Of a stretch of 64,000 bases of DNA, positions 1-10,294 are shown piece after piece. Source of the stretch: an uncultured delta proteobacterium (GTDB lineage Bacteria > Desulfobacterota > Binatia > UBA9968); NCBI GenBank assembly GCA_963816145.1, contig CAWFJP010000031.1, positions 352,001 through 416,000 of the forward strand. The letters are read 5' to 3'. The notes under the pieces were generated by a model. It was given only the letters and a program-made list of their open reading frames with translations, was not told the origin of the DNA and did not search any database. Within the stretch, counting starts at the first letter, position 1. The number at the start of each line of letters is the position of its first letter. The position numbers and the translations under genes are program-made.

Positions 1-195
1 GAAATTCTCCGGCCGGTGAAAAGCGACTATTACGTCGTGCTGACCCACTGGCAAGACGAGGCTTCGTTCCGCAGCTGGGCCGATAGCGCGGAATTCAAAG
101 AAGCGCATAACAAGCGCCCGCCGGCGGAGATCTTCGCCGGACCGAATGTTTTCGAGATGCACGAGGTAATTCAGCAGGCGGAAAAGCCGCGGTAA
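1..195 (+). CDS. ABM/IsdG-HmoA-like monooxygenase, 3' part (cut by window start)
   Basis: Frame 1 reads EILRPVKSDYYVVLTHWQDEASFRSWADSAEFKEAH...FEMHEV..stop at 193-195; the W-x3-F-x2-W-x2-S-x2-F-x2-AH pattern is typical of the ABM family. Confidence 0.75.
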   Translation, partial: EILRPVKSDYYVVLTHWQDEASFRSWADSAEFKEAHNKRPPAEIFAGPNVFEMHEVIQQAEKPR

Positions 196-213
196 CTAAC
201 TTTACTCGGAATA

Positions 214-325
214 TCTCTCGCAAAGGCGCCAAGACCGCAAAGATCGGAGAATTTTAATGAAGATCTTCAGCGAGAATTTTTATCCTCGTTTTTCGAACTT
301 AGCGTCTTTGCGCCTTTGTGAGAGA
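214..325. repeat. Intergenic inverted repeat built from about three CGCAAAG-like units per arm
   Basis: Left arm tctctcgcaaaggcgccaagaccgcaaag (214-242) pairs imperfectly with right arm cttagcgtctttgcgcctttgtgagaga (298-325). Confidence 0.8.
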
Positions 326-378
326 ATAGCCTAATCCCAGACTCACTAGACATGGTCGATCGATCAGGAGATCGCCGC

Positions 379-1368
379 ATGAAAATGTCCGTCAGGTGGA
401 TCGCTTTACTCGTGCTACTCGTCTCAGCTTACGGAAGCGCGAGCGCTGCGGTGCCGCTCAATCAACTGCTGATCACGTTCGGCAGCTTGAGCGAACGGGA
501 AACCGTGATCTTCGTCGCCAAAGATTTTGGCATTTTCAACAAGCATGGCTTGGATGTGCGGGCGGTGCATGTGCGCAACGGCGCGGTGGCGCTGTCCGCG
601 CTGGCCAACGGCGAAGCGCAGTTCTACATGGGCGCGGCGACCGGCTCGACTCTCGGCGCCATCGCCAACGGTATGGATGCGGTGTTCGTGACCAGCTTGA
701 TTCATACCCTCGAAGGCACCTTCGTGGTCAATCCGGCGATCAAGACGCCGGCCGATTTAAGAGGCAAAAACATCGGCGTTACCAGCATCGGCGGCGGCGT
801 GTGGATGCGCTCGATGCTGGCTTTCGAATATTGGGGCCTCGAGCCGCAGCGCGACAAGATTGCTTTGCGCGTAGTCGGCGACGAATCGTTGCTCGCCCAG
901 GCAATGCCCAACAAGGTGATCGACGGCGCTTATTTCAATTACACTTTCGCCGGCGTGCTCGAACGCCAGGGCTTCCGCGTGCTCGCCGACCTTGCCAAAC
1001 TCAAGATCCCGTATCAGAACACCGCCCTGTTGGCGCAGCGTAAATATCTAAACAGCGCTCCCGATACTGTCGAGCGTTTGCTGCGGGCGCTCTCCGACAC
1101 CGTCGCTTTTGTTCTCGACCCGAAAAACAAATCGCTGGTGCTGCAAAGCGTGGCCAAAGGCCTGCGCCTAACGCGCGTTGAAGACGCTGTCGGCGGCTAC
1201 GAACGCCTTGGCAACATGTACCAACGCCGCATCTTCCCCAACGTCGAGGGCATCCGCTCGACGATCCGATTTCTTGGCGCGACCAATGACAAGATTCGCG
1301 CCTTAAAGGCCGAGGACTTGGTGGATGAGCGGTTTGTTAAGAAGTTGGAGCAGGAGGGGCGGTTTTAG
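379..1368 (+). CDS. ABC-type substrate-binding protein, NMT1/SsuA/TauA family
   Basis: Signal peptide; GIFNKHGLDV, DLRGKNIGVTSIGG; C-terminal DERFVKKLEQEG. Confidence 0.85.
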   Translation: MKMSVRWIALLVLLVSAYGSASAAVPLNQLLITFGSLSERETVIFVAKDFGIFNKHGLDVRAVHVRNGAVALSALANGEAQFYMGAATGSTLGAIANGMDAVFVTSLIHTLEGTFVVNPAIKTPADLRGKNIGVTSIGGGVWMRSMLAFEYWGLEPQRDKIALRVVGDESLLAQAMPNKVIDGAYFNYTFAGVLERQGFRVLADLAKLKIPYQNTALLAQRKYLNSAPDTVERLLRALSDTVAFVLDPKNKSLVLQSVAKGLRLTRVEDAVGGYERLGNMYQRRIFPNVEGIRSTIRFLGATNDKIRALKAEDLVDERFVKKLEQEGRF

Positions 1369-1616
1369 CTCGCATTGTCACCGGCAGAGGTCGAAAGCTG
1401 CAACGATTTCAATTCTGTCGCCGGGTGGGATCGCCGTTCGCCTGGGTTGGGTTGTCCCCAAAATCGCGCAAGGCCTTGCCGTCGCTCGATCTAGCATCGA
1501 TATGGGGAATTGCGCCGGCGTGTTAAGATGGTTTGTGGTACGGCGGTGAAGTTGTCAATAGCGATCATGTGGTTCCAGCATGGGATTCTCGACAATTGGG
1601 CGCGAAGTGCAGCTAT

Positions 1617-2075
1617 ATGAAGTCAGTTGATGACTATTGCAAGATCTTAGGAGTCGATACTAAAGCTACTTCCAAGGAACTGAAAAAAGCTTACAGAGGG
1701 TTGGTTAAGAAATGGCACCCTGATCAATTTTTGCATGATCCTCATCGGCTAAAAAGTGCCAAGGAAAAACTCCAGGAAATCAATGAAGCATACCATGCGC
1801 TGCAGCTGCTCGTTTTAGATCCCAAAAACCGTTTATCGCAGTCCTCTAAGAGGTCGAGTCAACGTAATCCCGCGCCTCCCCGCAAGACGAACGGCCGAAG
1901 TGTAAAAATGTCCAATGCTCCCACCAAATCATTTGTGGACATGCATTTTGCCTCTTGGCGAAAACCTGTGGCCTTGCTGCGGCGCGTGCTCATAGAAACG
2001 GTGAAAGATCCGTGGATAATCACCGTTTTTATCTTGATGCTGACGTTGGCGATCGCCATGGATTGGTTTTACTAA
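1617..2075 (+). CDS. J-domain (DnaJ-like) protein with C-terminal membrane anchor
   Basis: DYCKILGV..ELKKAYRGLVKKWHPD..LQEINEAY; hydrophobic C-terminal WIITVFILMLTLAIAM. Confidence 0.85.
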   Translation: MKSVDDYCKILGVDTKATSKELKKAYRGLVKKWHPDQFLHDPHRLKSAKEKLQEINEAYHALQLLVLDPKNRLSQSSKRSSQRNPAPPRKTNGRSVKMSNAPTKSFVDMHFASWRKPVALLRRVLIETVKDPWIITVFILMLTLAIAMDWFY

Positions 2076-2307
2076 GCTAATTAGATCTTCAATATCGATA
2101 TTTCAGCAAAATCATGCTGAGCGTGCGCGACCAATTGCAGAACGGAACGTTGAGAGGTGATTCGTGAATAAAGCGAACCAGAAACCGATCGGCCTATTCA
2201 GGGCAGAACGATTAACAAAAGCATTCAAGCCCGACTACACAGGGTTTGGCAATTCCGTGGCTCCTAATGAGATAAAGAGTGTGGGAAATGCAGGTAGCGA
2301 CGATACG

Positions 2308-2814
2308 CTATCGTGCACGGTCACGGTTCGACCTTCGGAGATACATATGCACTCCAAGGTCGTATAGTGTGTCAATTCTTAGACTTTCGCTTTTCTGATC
2401 ATATTTGACCGTTAATGAGGTAGTATCGTAGACAATAGCAAATTCATCTGCTCGCTTTCGATCTAAATAGTCGCCGAGTACGCGTAACAACGTCGATAAC
2501 TTGTAGGGGTCTGGTATCGCTGTCGGTTGATCGCGTCGCGATCTATTCTCTTCATCCGCTTGAAGAATTTGGGCGGGGCGCAAGTGAATGGGATTTGGAC
2601 TCTGTGTCGTGGAATCGGGAGAGCGCCGAATCTCCTGGGAGACGCTATTTAGAAATGCATGGGTCCGGCTTTTGCCGTTAGCCTCGCCGCGGTGCATCTG
2701 TACGACATATTCATCCCCGCTTTTTTCTACTTCGAAAGAGTCGATACCAAGTCTGGTCAGTTGCTGACCGATTACTCTAAGAGATTGCGCTGTCGTGATA
2801 GTTTCGATTGTCAT
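2308..2814 (-). CDS. Hypothetical protein with internal two-fold repeat
   Basis: 168-aa ORF; SLRVIGQQL..DSFEV resembles LLRVLGDYL..DEFAI. Confidence 0.6.
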   Translation of the reverse strand: MTIETITTAQSLRVIGQQLTRLGIDSFEVEKSGDEYVVQMHRGEANGKSRTHAFLNSVSQEIRRSPDSTTQSPNPIHLRPAQILQADEENRSRRDQPTAIPDPYKLSTLLRVLGDYLDRKRADEFAIVYDTTSLTVKYDQKSESLRIDTLYDLGVHMYLRRSNRDRAR

Positions 2815-3059
2815 ATTATGGCAATTTTTGGCAACTTAGCACAATTGTCTTGAAATATATAGAAATTTTAAGCCGTTGAATACGATTTTTAGCCAATAAC
2901 GGAAACCTACGCATCTGGAGACTGCCACTATAGAGACCCAATCCGTATCTCGGTCGATTGCCCTGGTCTGGAATTCGTTCGTCTCAGCGTTGGTTCACCC
3001 ATCAGGCGGGTACAACCAGATAGCCAATCGAAATATTGAATAGCTCCCAAGGTTCCACT

Positions 3060-3305
3060 GTGCGGTTGCCCCGGGCGCTCTCCGATACCATCAATTTCGC
3101 TCTCGATCCAGGCTTCGAAGACGTCGTCAGCGGCTACGAACGGCTCGGCAATATGTGCCAACGCTGTATCTTCCCCAACATCGACGGCATTCGCTCGACG
3201 ATCCGCTTCCTCGGCGCGACCAATGAGAAGATTCGCGCGCTGAAGGGTGAGGAGTTGCTTGACGAACGGTTTGTTAAGAAGTTGGAACAGGAGGGATGGT
3301 TTTAA
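3060..3305 (+). pseudogene. Remnant C-terminal fragment paralogous to the 379-1368 SBP
   Basis: RALSDT..LDP..GYERLGNM.QR.IFPN..GIRSTIRFLGATN.KIRALK..L.DERFVKKLEQEG matches the upstream gene; internal deletion, no N-terminus. Confidence 0.85.
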
Positions 3306-3878
3306 TTCTTGCGCTGTTGCCGACGGTCGGCGCAAAATTCGATTGATAGCAATTGCGAAAACACGGACCAACAAGCGTTGGTTCAGAACAATTGAAAGTT
3401 CAGACCGGTTAACGAAGACCTTAAAGGAGACGCGACTAGGATTGATGATGTCCAACTTCGCACGCCGGGATTGATCCGCAGCGTCTATCAGATCAAGCTG
3501 CGGCAAAGTTAGGGAGCTTTGTTATAAGTGCACAATTAAGATAAACCGAGCTCCTACTTGTTGACTGGGAGGTCGTGATGACACTGACTAGGCCGGCATT
3601 GGTCGTGTCGGACTCATGCACCATAAGGTGACGAACGAGATGATTTTGAGAAAGTTCGATGCCAATCTGATGGAAAGAGATGATGCGAAAAAGCGGCGCA
3701 AAAAGGAACAGGAAGTAAGGGCGCTGCCTAGCTCTGCGCCGTTGGTGTGACAGCTTTATCTTTCGTTAGTGTTTTGGTGAACTCAGATCCTGTTCTGTGA
3801 TGATCTTCAAACTCTCGTTCGTTTAAGTAACAAGCCGCCAAAATGCCGTAGTTTCCTAGCGAATTCAGGAATCGCTGA

Positions 3879-4817
3879 TTAGACACCGGACATCTAGCCT
3901 ACGTCCGATCTCAGGGACAGCCGGCCGTTGATTCGGCGGCTTTGGCTGCGGCCTCTGCAGTCCCAAGCGGGAACTGGTCGACGGTTACGGACCGAGCGGC
4001 AATGTTTAATCCCGGCGGCACCAATCCCGGCACTGGAAACAATTATCTCGACAGTCCGAACAATCAAATTAGTCAAAAGAACGTCACACTTGTGAAATAT
4101 GATAACACGTCGGGGGATTTCACCACGTCAGGTGTCAATATCAATAACGCTAACGGCGCTCGAGTAGCATTAGAAAATAGCAACCCGTATGGAGGCGCTG
4201 CTGCAAAATCTATAAAATCACCGCTATTCTTGGCGCCTCTTTTCAATTTGTTCAGCCAAACCACCAAAAACACCACCGATGTGAGTGTCAGCGCCGTTGC
4301 GGTGAACCAGGCGCTTCCGGGTCTACCGATTGTCGCGATCGAGTCTCTCTGTGGCAAAACCGGTGATGTGGAGCTGGATTTCCAATCGGGAGGCAAAAGC
4401 ACGGCCGGTTGGGAAACTTACCAGATAATTAACGCCAGTTCGGATGAAGTTCGCGGGCTCTTTGAGAAACTGCCTTACTGCGCGGGCCAGCCAGCAATCG
4501 ATACCGGCTATTGTGGGAATGTGGCAAACGGCGTGAACGCAACCGTCTTCAATCAGAATCTTAAACCTATGTTCAAGGCCGACCCGTCGCGTTGCTATTT
4601 AATTCCGGTGATACCGAGTGGGGGTAATTTAACTCAGTGCCAAAACATCACAGACTGGGCCAAATTTTGCCCGTCTCAAGGAAACAATACCGCCGACGCA
4701 TTCCCGAGCCAGGGCGTGCTCAAAGGAAGTGTCACTTGTGGCCAGAATCCTTGGACTTCAAGGGATACTCAATGTTACGTGCAGCGTCTGGTTCGCGATA
4801 AATCATCTGGGATGTAG
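3879..4817 (+). CDS. TadG-like (Flp pilus assembly) protein, 5' end disrupted
   Basis: In-frame sequence upstream of the called ORF reads LDTGHLAYVRSQGQPAVDSAALAAASA (Tad N-terminal motif), preceded by TGA at 3876; Cys-rich C-terminal region. Confidence 0.65.
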   Translation, partial: LDTGHLAYVRSQGQPAVDSAALAAASAVPSGNWSTVTDRAAMFNPGGTNPGTGNNYLDSPNNQISQKNVTLVKYDNTSGDFTTSGVNINNANGARVALENSNPYGGAAAKSIKSPLFLAPLFNLFSQTTKNTTDVSVSAVAVNQALPGLPIVAIESLCGKTGDVELDFQSGGKSTAGWETYQIINASSDEVRGLFEKLPYCAGQPAIDTGYCGNVANGVNATVFNQNLKPMFKADPSRCYLIPVIPSGGNLTQCQNITDWAKFCPSQGNNTADAFPSQGVLKGSVTCGQNPWTSRDTQCYVQRLVRDKSSGM

Positions 4818-4990
4818 GGTAAGGCAGGCGGAGATTACGTGATGGCTGCCCGCCCCAACAATAAATTGGTCGTACGTTGCGCTTAGCTGTCACTAATGAC
4901 AAGGGCAATCTATTGTTGGCACTCGGTTCACCGATGAGCTGGACAAAGAAGGTTTTCTCGCCCAAGTGTTTGTGGCCGGTGATTAATCCG

Positions 4991-7383
4991 TTATTTCTTC
5001 TGTTTCGCTTTCTCCAACGCGATGGCGAACAGCCCTGTTGGCGCAGGTGCACGACTCTGTGGGCGAGTGGATAGCGGCGCTTGCCTGTCTCTCTGGTTAC
5101 GCGCTGTATTGGGATCTGCTTCCGGTCGTGCTTGGATTGAGCGGGGTGTATCTCCCGGTGCGTCGGACAGGCGCATGGTGAGGGCGATGCGTTGGCGTTT
5201 CACGTCTACATTCCATCACTCTGACTTTGACTATTTGGCCGGGTTTGACGATCTCGTGGGGATCTTTGACGAACTTGTTCGCCAAAGCCGAGACATGGAC
5301 GAGGCCGTCCTGGTGCACGCCGATGTCGACGAAGGCGCCGAAGGCGGCGACGTTGGTAACCACGCCTTCGAGGATCATGCCGGGCTGCAAGTCTGATATC
5401 GACTCGACGCCTTCCTGAAAGGTCGCGGTTTTGAACTCCGGACGCGGATCGCGGCCGGGCTTTTCCAGCTCCGCTAAAATATCTTTGACCGTCGGCACGC
5501 CGAATTTTTCATCGGTGAACTGTTCCGGCTTGAGTTCTTTCAACACCGCGCTTTGGCTCATCACTTCGCCGATCGTTTTGCCACACCGCGCCAAAATCCT
5601 TTCGACCACCGGATAGGCTTCCGGATGAACGGCGGAGCGGTCGAGGGGATTGTCGCCGTCGTTGATGCGTAGAAAGCCGGCGGCTTGTTCGAAGGTCTTG
5701 TCGCCCATGCGCGGCACTTTGGTGAGTGATTTACGGTTGCGAAACGGGCCGTTGCTGTTGCGGAACTTGACGATGTTTTTGGCGAGCAGGCTGTTGAGCC
5801 CCGATACCCGGGTGAGCAGCGGGACCGAGGCGGTGTTGAGATCGACACCGACGGCATTGACGCAGTCTTCGACGGTGGCGTCGAGTCTGCGCGCCAGGGC
5901 GCGTTGATTGACGTCGTGTTGATACTGGCCGACGCCGATCGCTTTGGGCTCGATCTTGACCAACTCGGCGAGTGGATCTTGCAAGCGGCGGGCGATCGAC
6001 ACGGCGCCGCGCAGGCTCACGTCGAGTTCGGGAAATTCAGCGGCGGCCAACGCCGATGCCGAATAAACCGATGCGCCGGCTTCGCTGACGACGATTTTAT
6101 TGACTTTGCGTTCAGGCATTTTCGCGCCGATTAGTTTTATCACCTCGCCGGCGAGCTTGTCGGTTTCGCGGCTGGCTGTGCCGTTGCCGATGGAGATCAA
6201 GTCAACATTATGTTGCACCGTCAGGCGCGCCAAGGTCGCCAGCGCGCCGTCCCAGTCGTTGCGCGGCTGGTGCGGATAGATGGTGGCGGTATCGAGGAGT
6301 TTCCCGGTGGCGTCGACCACCGCGATTTTGCAGCCGGTGCGGATGCCGGGATCGATGCCGAGCACCGCTTTTGGTCCCGCCGGCGCGGCGAGCAGCAGGT
6401 CGTGCAGGTTGCGGCCAAAAATTTTAATCGCTTCGGCTTCGGCGCCTTCGCGCAACTGCATCAGTAGTTCGGTGCTGATGTGCGGGTGCGCTTTGACGCG
6501 CCAGGTCCAGTTGCAAACCTCGGCGAGCCATTTGTCAGCGTGCCGACCACGATCCTCGATGCCAAAATGGCCGGCGATCATGGCGACGCAAGGATGCGGC
6601 ACCAGGGCTTCCTGTTTTTCATCGAGACTGAGATCGATCGCCAACACGCCCAAACTTTGGCCGCGAAACAGCGCGAGAGCCCGGTGCGACGGAATGGTGC
6701 GAATGGTTTCGGAGTAGGCGTAGTAATCGCGAAACTTCTCTTCCTCGGCCATTTCCTTGTCTTTCATCACCTTGGAGGTGACGACGCCCTGCTCCCACAT
6801 GCGCGCGCGCAGCTTCGCCAAGCAGCTCGGCAGTCTCGGCAAAACGCTCGGACAAGATATCACGGGCGCCGTCGAGGGCGGTTTTGATGTCCGGCACGCC
6901 ATTTTCCGCCGCCGCCTTGTTGTTGACATACTTCGCCGCTTCTTCTTGCGGGTCGAGGTTGAGATCGCCGAGCAGCGCGTCGGCCAGTGGCTCAAGGCCG
7001 GCTTCGCGGGCGATTTGCGCTTTGGTGCGGCGTTTAGGTTTGTAGGGCAAATAAATATCTTCCAGCGCTTGTTTGGTGCTGGCGCCTTCGACGGCTTCCC
7101 GCAGCTCGTCGGTAAGCTTGCCCTGCTCCTCGATGGACGCCAGCACCGTCGCGCGGCGGTCTTCCAGCTCGCGCAGGTAGAGCAGCCGCTCTTCAAGATT
7201 GCGCAGTTGGGTGTCGTCAAGATTGCCGGTCGCTTCTTTGCGATAGCGCGCGATGAAGGGCACGGTGGCGCCTTCGTTCAACAACGCCACGGCGGCCGCG
7301 ATTTGATGGGTGCCGACGCTGAGTTCGCTTGCGATCAGTTGAGTAATCTTGTTTTGGGTAGATTCGGAAATGTCTTGGGCCAT
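4991..7383 (-). CDS. tex: Tex transcription accessory protein (YqgF/HHH/S1), split by two +1 frameshifts
   Basis: [42 protein letters not shown]1 domain [17 protein letters not shown]; frames rejoin near 6818 and 5211. Confidence 0.93.
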
Positions 7384-7517
7384 GAATTAAACCTTGTGCG
7401 CTGTAGAAATCGAATGAGTATAGCAATGCTGCGCCAAGAATGAAGCGAAAAGAAACAAAAGTCGCGCGATCAATCAAGAAATAAACGACCGTCGACTCGA
7501 AGCCGATTCTCTCATGC

Positions 7518-7601
7518 GTCATTTCGGCGCAAGCCGGAAGCCATCTTCGTATTTGTGGCGTGAAGCGAATCCGGATGGATGCCGGCGTTCGCCGGCATGA
7601 C
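7518..7601. repeat. REP-like palindrome doublet (GTCAT..CCGGC..GCCGG family)
   Basis: gtcatttcggcgcaagccggaagcca ... tggatgccggcgttcgccggcatgac in inverted orientation; a second copy lies at 10142-10227. Confidence 0.8.
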
Positions 7602-7663
7602 GAACCTTCGTTTCAGCTGAAGTAAATTCTAGAACCGATTGGCCGGACGAACACGTGTTCAAA

Positions 7664-7698
7664 AATTGATAATGGAGAATGGATAATTGAGAATTGGG
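7664..7698. repeat. Degenerate 7-nt tandem repeat
   Basis: aattgat aatggag aatggat aattgag aattggg. Confidence 0.65.
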
Positions 7699-7763
7699 AT
7701 TCAGGATCGCCCGTCGCCACCCAGTTCCTTGACCTAGCATCGGGTAACACGTAGCCTCGCGGG

Positions 7764-8498
7764 ATGATCGCACAATCGGTTAGAGATGAACTGGCGCCGT
7801 CGGGCACGCTTCGGGTCGGTATCAACTATGGCAATGCGGTGCTGGCGACCAGGGATGCCACGAGCGGTGAGTTGCGCGGCGTGGCGGTGGATCTGGCGCG
7901 GGAACTGGAGCGCCGTTGTGAACTGCCGGTGGAGCTTGTGGCCTTCGAATCGGCCGGGAAAATGACCGCGGCGTTGAAAAGCGGCGCTTGGGATGCGGCG
8001 TTTCTCGCGGTGGAGCCGGGCCGCGCGGGCGAGATCGCTTTCACCGCGCCTTATCTGTTGATCGAAGGCACCTATTTGATCCCGCCGGGCTCGCCGATTC
8101 ATGCCATCGCCGATGTCGACCGCGCCGACGTGCGGGTCGGCGTCTCGACGGGGAGCGCTTACGATTTGTATTTGAGCCGTAACTTGCAGCAGGCGCAAAT
8201 GATCAAGGCGGTGAACCCCAATATGGCGTTTGGTCTGCTGATCGACGGCAAAGTCGATGTGGTCGCCGGCGTGCGCCAGGCGCTGATCGCCAATGCCGCG
8301 AAACTTCCCGGGTCGCGGGTGTTCGACGAACGCTTCATGGCGATCGAGCAAGCGATGGGCATGCCGCATGGGTGTCCAGCCGCCTTGCATTTTTTACGCG
8401 AATTTATCGAAGCGGTAAAAGCCAGCGGTTTTGTCGCCCAGGCGCTCGAACGCGCGGGTATCCGCGGTGTCGCGGTGGCGCCGCCGGCGGTGCTGTAG
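7764..8498 (+). CDS. Amino-acid-type substrate-binding domain protein (SBP_bac_3)
   Basis: LAPSGTLRVGINYGN, GVAVDLARELERR, IAFTAPYLLIEG; no obvious signal peptide. Confidence 0.85.
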   Translation: MIAQSVRDELAPSGTLRVGINYGNAVLATRDATSGELRGVAVDLARELERRCELPVELVAFESAGKMTAALKSGAWDAAFLAVEPGRAGEIAFTAPYLLIEGTYLIPPGSPIHAIADVDRADVRVGVSTGSAYDLYLSRNLQQAQMIKAVNPNMAFGLLIDGKVDVVAGVRQALIANAAKLPGSRVFDERFMAIEQAMGMPHGCPAALHFLREFIEAVKASGFVAQALERAGIRGVAVAPPAVL

Positions 8499-8530
8499 AG
8501 ACGCTTGGATCTTCGGAACTAAAGATATCT

Positions 8531-8610
8531 CACCACGAAGGACACGAAGATCACGAAGTTCGGAATGATTATTATCCGAAACCTTCGTGTCCTTCGTGAG
8601 CTTCGTGGTG
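8531..8610. repeat. Long hairpin with three CACGAAG units per arm at 9-nt period
   Basis: caccacgaaggacacgaagatcacgaag-ttcgga...tccgaa-cttcgtgtccttcgtgagcttcgtggtg. Confidence 0.88.
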
Positions 8611-8686
8611 AAAACGACTTTTTCTTCTCCTGCGGATCTTTGCTTCCGCACTTATGCGATGCGGTTGGTTGTGATAGACGAAATTC

Positions 8687-10000
8687 ATGGACGAGGACGA
8701 TAACCGGCCGGCGCTGCACCCGCCGTTTGCATTGCCGTTTTACTACGGCTGGTTCATTATTGGTCTCAGCTTTCTCGCCTATCTTGCCGCTTCGGCGGTG
8801 CGTTCGGCGCCGTCGGTGTTGATTCATCCTTTGGAGCGGGAGTTTGGTTGGGGCCGGACGGCAATTTCTTCGGCGGCGAGTTTAAATCTCTTGACCTATG
8901 GTTTCATGGCGCCGGTGGGCGGTTGGCTGCTCGACCGTTACGGTGCTCGTCGCGTTGTGATCGGCTGCCTCACCACCATTGCTGTGGGCGTGACCGGCAC
9001 GGTGTTCGTGCGCGAGCTGTGGCACTTCATTATTCTTTGGGGAATTGTGCTTGGCATCGCCACCGGCGTGACGCCGGCGCTGTCGGCGAGCGTGGCGAGT
9101 CGCTGGTTCATCGCCCGGCGCGGTTTGGCGCTGGGGATTCTCACCAACGCTAACGCCACCGGACAGGTGATCTTCCTGCCGATTCTGATGGCGTTGATCG
9201 TGTCGCATGGCTGGCGTCCGGCGATGATGTTGATCGTCGCAACCGCGTTGCTATTGCTGCCGGCGGTCTGGTTGTGGCTGCGGGATTATCCCTCTGAACT
9301 CGGGCTCGAACCTTATAGCGATAGCACGACCACGCTGGAGCAGCGCAATCAGGCACTCGCGGCGCCGCGCGCGTTTTCGTTCGCCTCAATCGGCGATGCG
9401 ATCAAGACGCCGACATTTTGGCTGCTCAGCGGCAGTTTCTTCGTCTGCGGCATGACGTCCAACGGTCTGGTCGGCACGCACATGATTCCCCATGCCATCG
9501 ACCGTGGCATCGCGGCGGTAACGGCAGCGACTGCGGTCGGCATTATGGGCGTGGCGAGTTTTATCGGCACGATGTTCGCCGGTTGGTTATGCGACCGCAT
9601 CGACGCGCGCAAGGTCTTGTCGGCGGCCTATCTGTTCCGCGGTTTGTCGTTGCTCGTTTTGCCCTACGTGACCGACGCTTCGAGCCTGTTCGTCTTCGCG
9701 GTGCTGTATGGCTTCGATTGGTTCGCCACCGGGCCGTCGACGGTAGCGCTCATCGCCAAACATTTTGGCCAGGACCGGGTCGGGGTTTTGTTCGGTTTGG
9801 TCTTCGTGTCGCATCAAATCGGCAGCGCCATTGCCGCCCTCGGCGCCGGTTGGATCTACAGTCGCTTCGGCGAGTACTACTACGCCTTTCTAACTGGTGC
9901 GGTGATGGGGTTGCTGGCGGCCGGGATGGCCATGATGATCCGCCGGGATCGCGATCGGGCGCCGGTGCTTCCCGTGATTGCCGAAGCCGCGGGCGCGTGA
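8687..10000 (+). CDS. MFS transporter (YbfB/MCT-like)
   Basis: About 12 hydrophobic segments; FYYGW, GWLLDRYGARR, GWLCDRIDARK. Confidence 0.9.
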   Translation: MDEDDNRPALHPPFALPFYYGWFIIGLSFLAYLAASAVRSAPSVLIHPLEREFGWGRTAISSAASLNLLTYGFMAPVGGWLLDRYGARRVVIGCLTTIAVGVTGTVFVRELWHFIILWGIVLGIATGVTPALSASVASRWFIARRGLALGILTNANATGQVIFLPILMALIVSHGWRPAMMLIVATALLLLPAVWLWLRDYPSELGLEPYSDSTTTLEQRNQALAAPRAFSFASIGDAIKTPTFWLLSGSFFVCGMTSNGLVGTHMIPHAIDRGIAAVTAATAVGIMGVASFIGTMFAGWLCDRIDARKVLSAAYLFRGLSLLVLPYVTDASSLFVFAVLYGFDWFATGPSTVALIAKHFGQDRVGVLFGLVFVSHQIGSAIAALGAGWIYSRFGEYYYAFLTGAVMGLLAAGMAMMIRRDRDRAPVLPVIAEAAGA

Positions 10001-10141
10001 ACGGGGGCTCGCTTGGCGAGCCCATTTCAAAATCCAAATTCCAGATTCAAAATTGGTTATTTCGGATATCGCAGAGTTTCCCGCTTAATGTCCCTGTCGG
10101 GACTGGTTGATCTCTCTCGCCTTCAGGCGAAGAGAAAATTT

Positions 10142-10227
10142 GTCATGCCGGCGCAGGCCGGCATCCATCACTTGCTCGTGCTGCAAAGCCAAGAGAGAAC
10201 CTAGATTCCGGTGTGCGCCGGAATGAC
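10142..10227. repeat. REP-like palindrome doublet (same family as 7518-7601)
   Basis: gtcatgccggcgcaggccggcatcca ... tagattccggtgtgcgccggaatgac. Confidence 0.82.
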
Positions 10228-10294
10228 CAAAGGAAGAGTCGACTTCCAATCGACAAATTCAGACCTTCTGGGCTTAAAGCCGAGGGTCATTCAG

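Noticed and set aside
3650-3664. Third sigma-54 promoter (TGGCAT-CGAAC-TTCT, minus strand)
   Set aside because: Lacks the conserved GC at -12 and has no clear downstream gene
1369-4990. Prophage or defence island
   Set aside because: AT-richer, but no integrase, phage or recognisable defence domains
4991-7383. Programmed frameshifting in tex
   Set aside because: No slippery sites; the same +1 pattern occurs in unrelated genes, favouring sequencing error
8531-8610. CRISPR array
   Set aside because: Units are 9 nt and inverted, with no unique spacers and no cas genes
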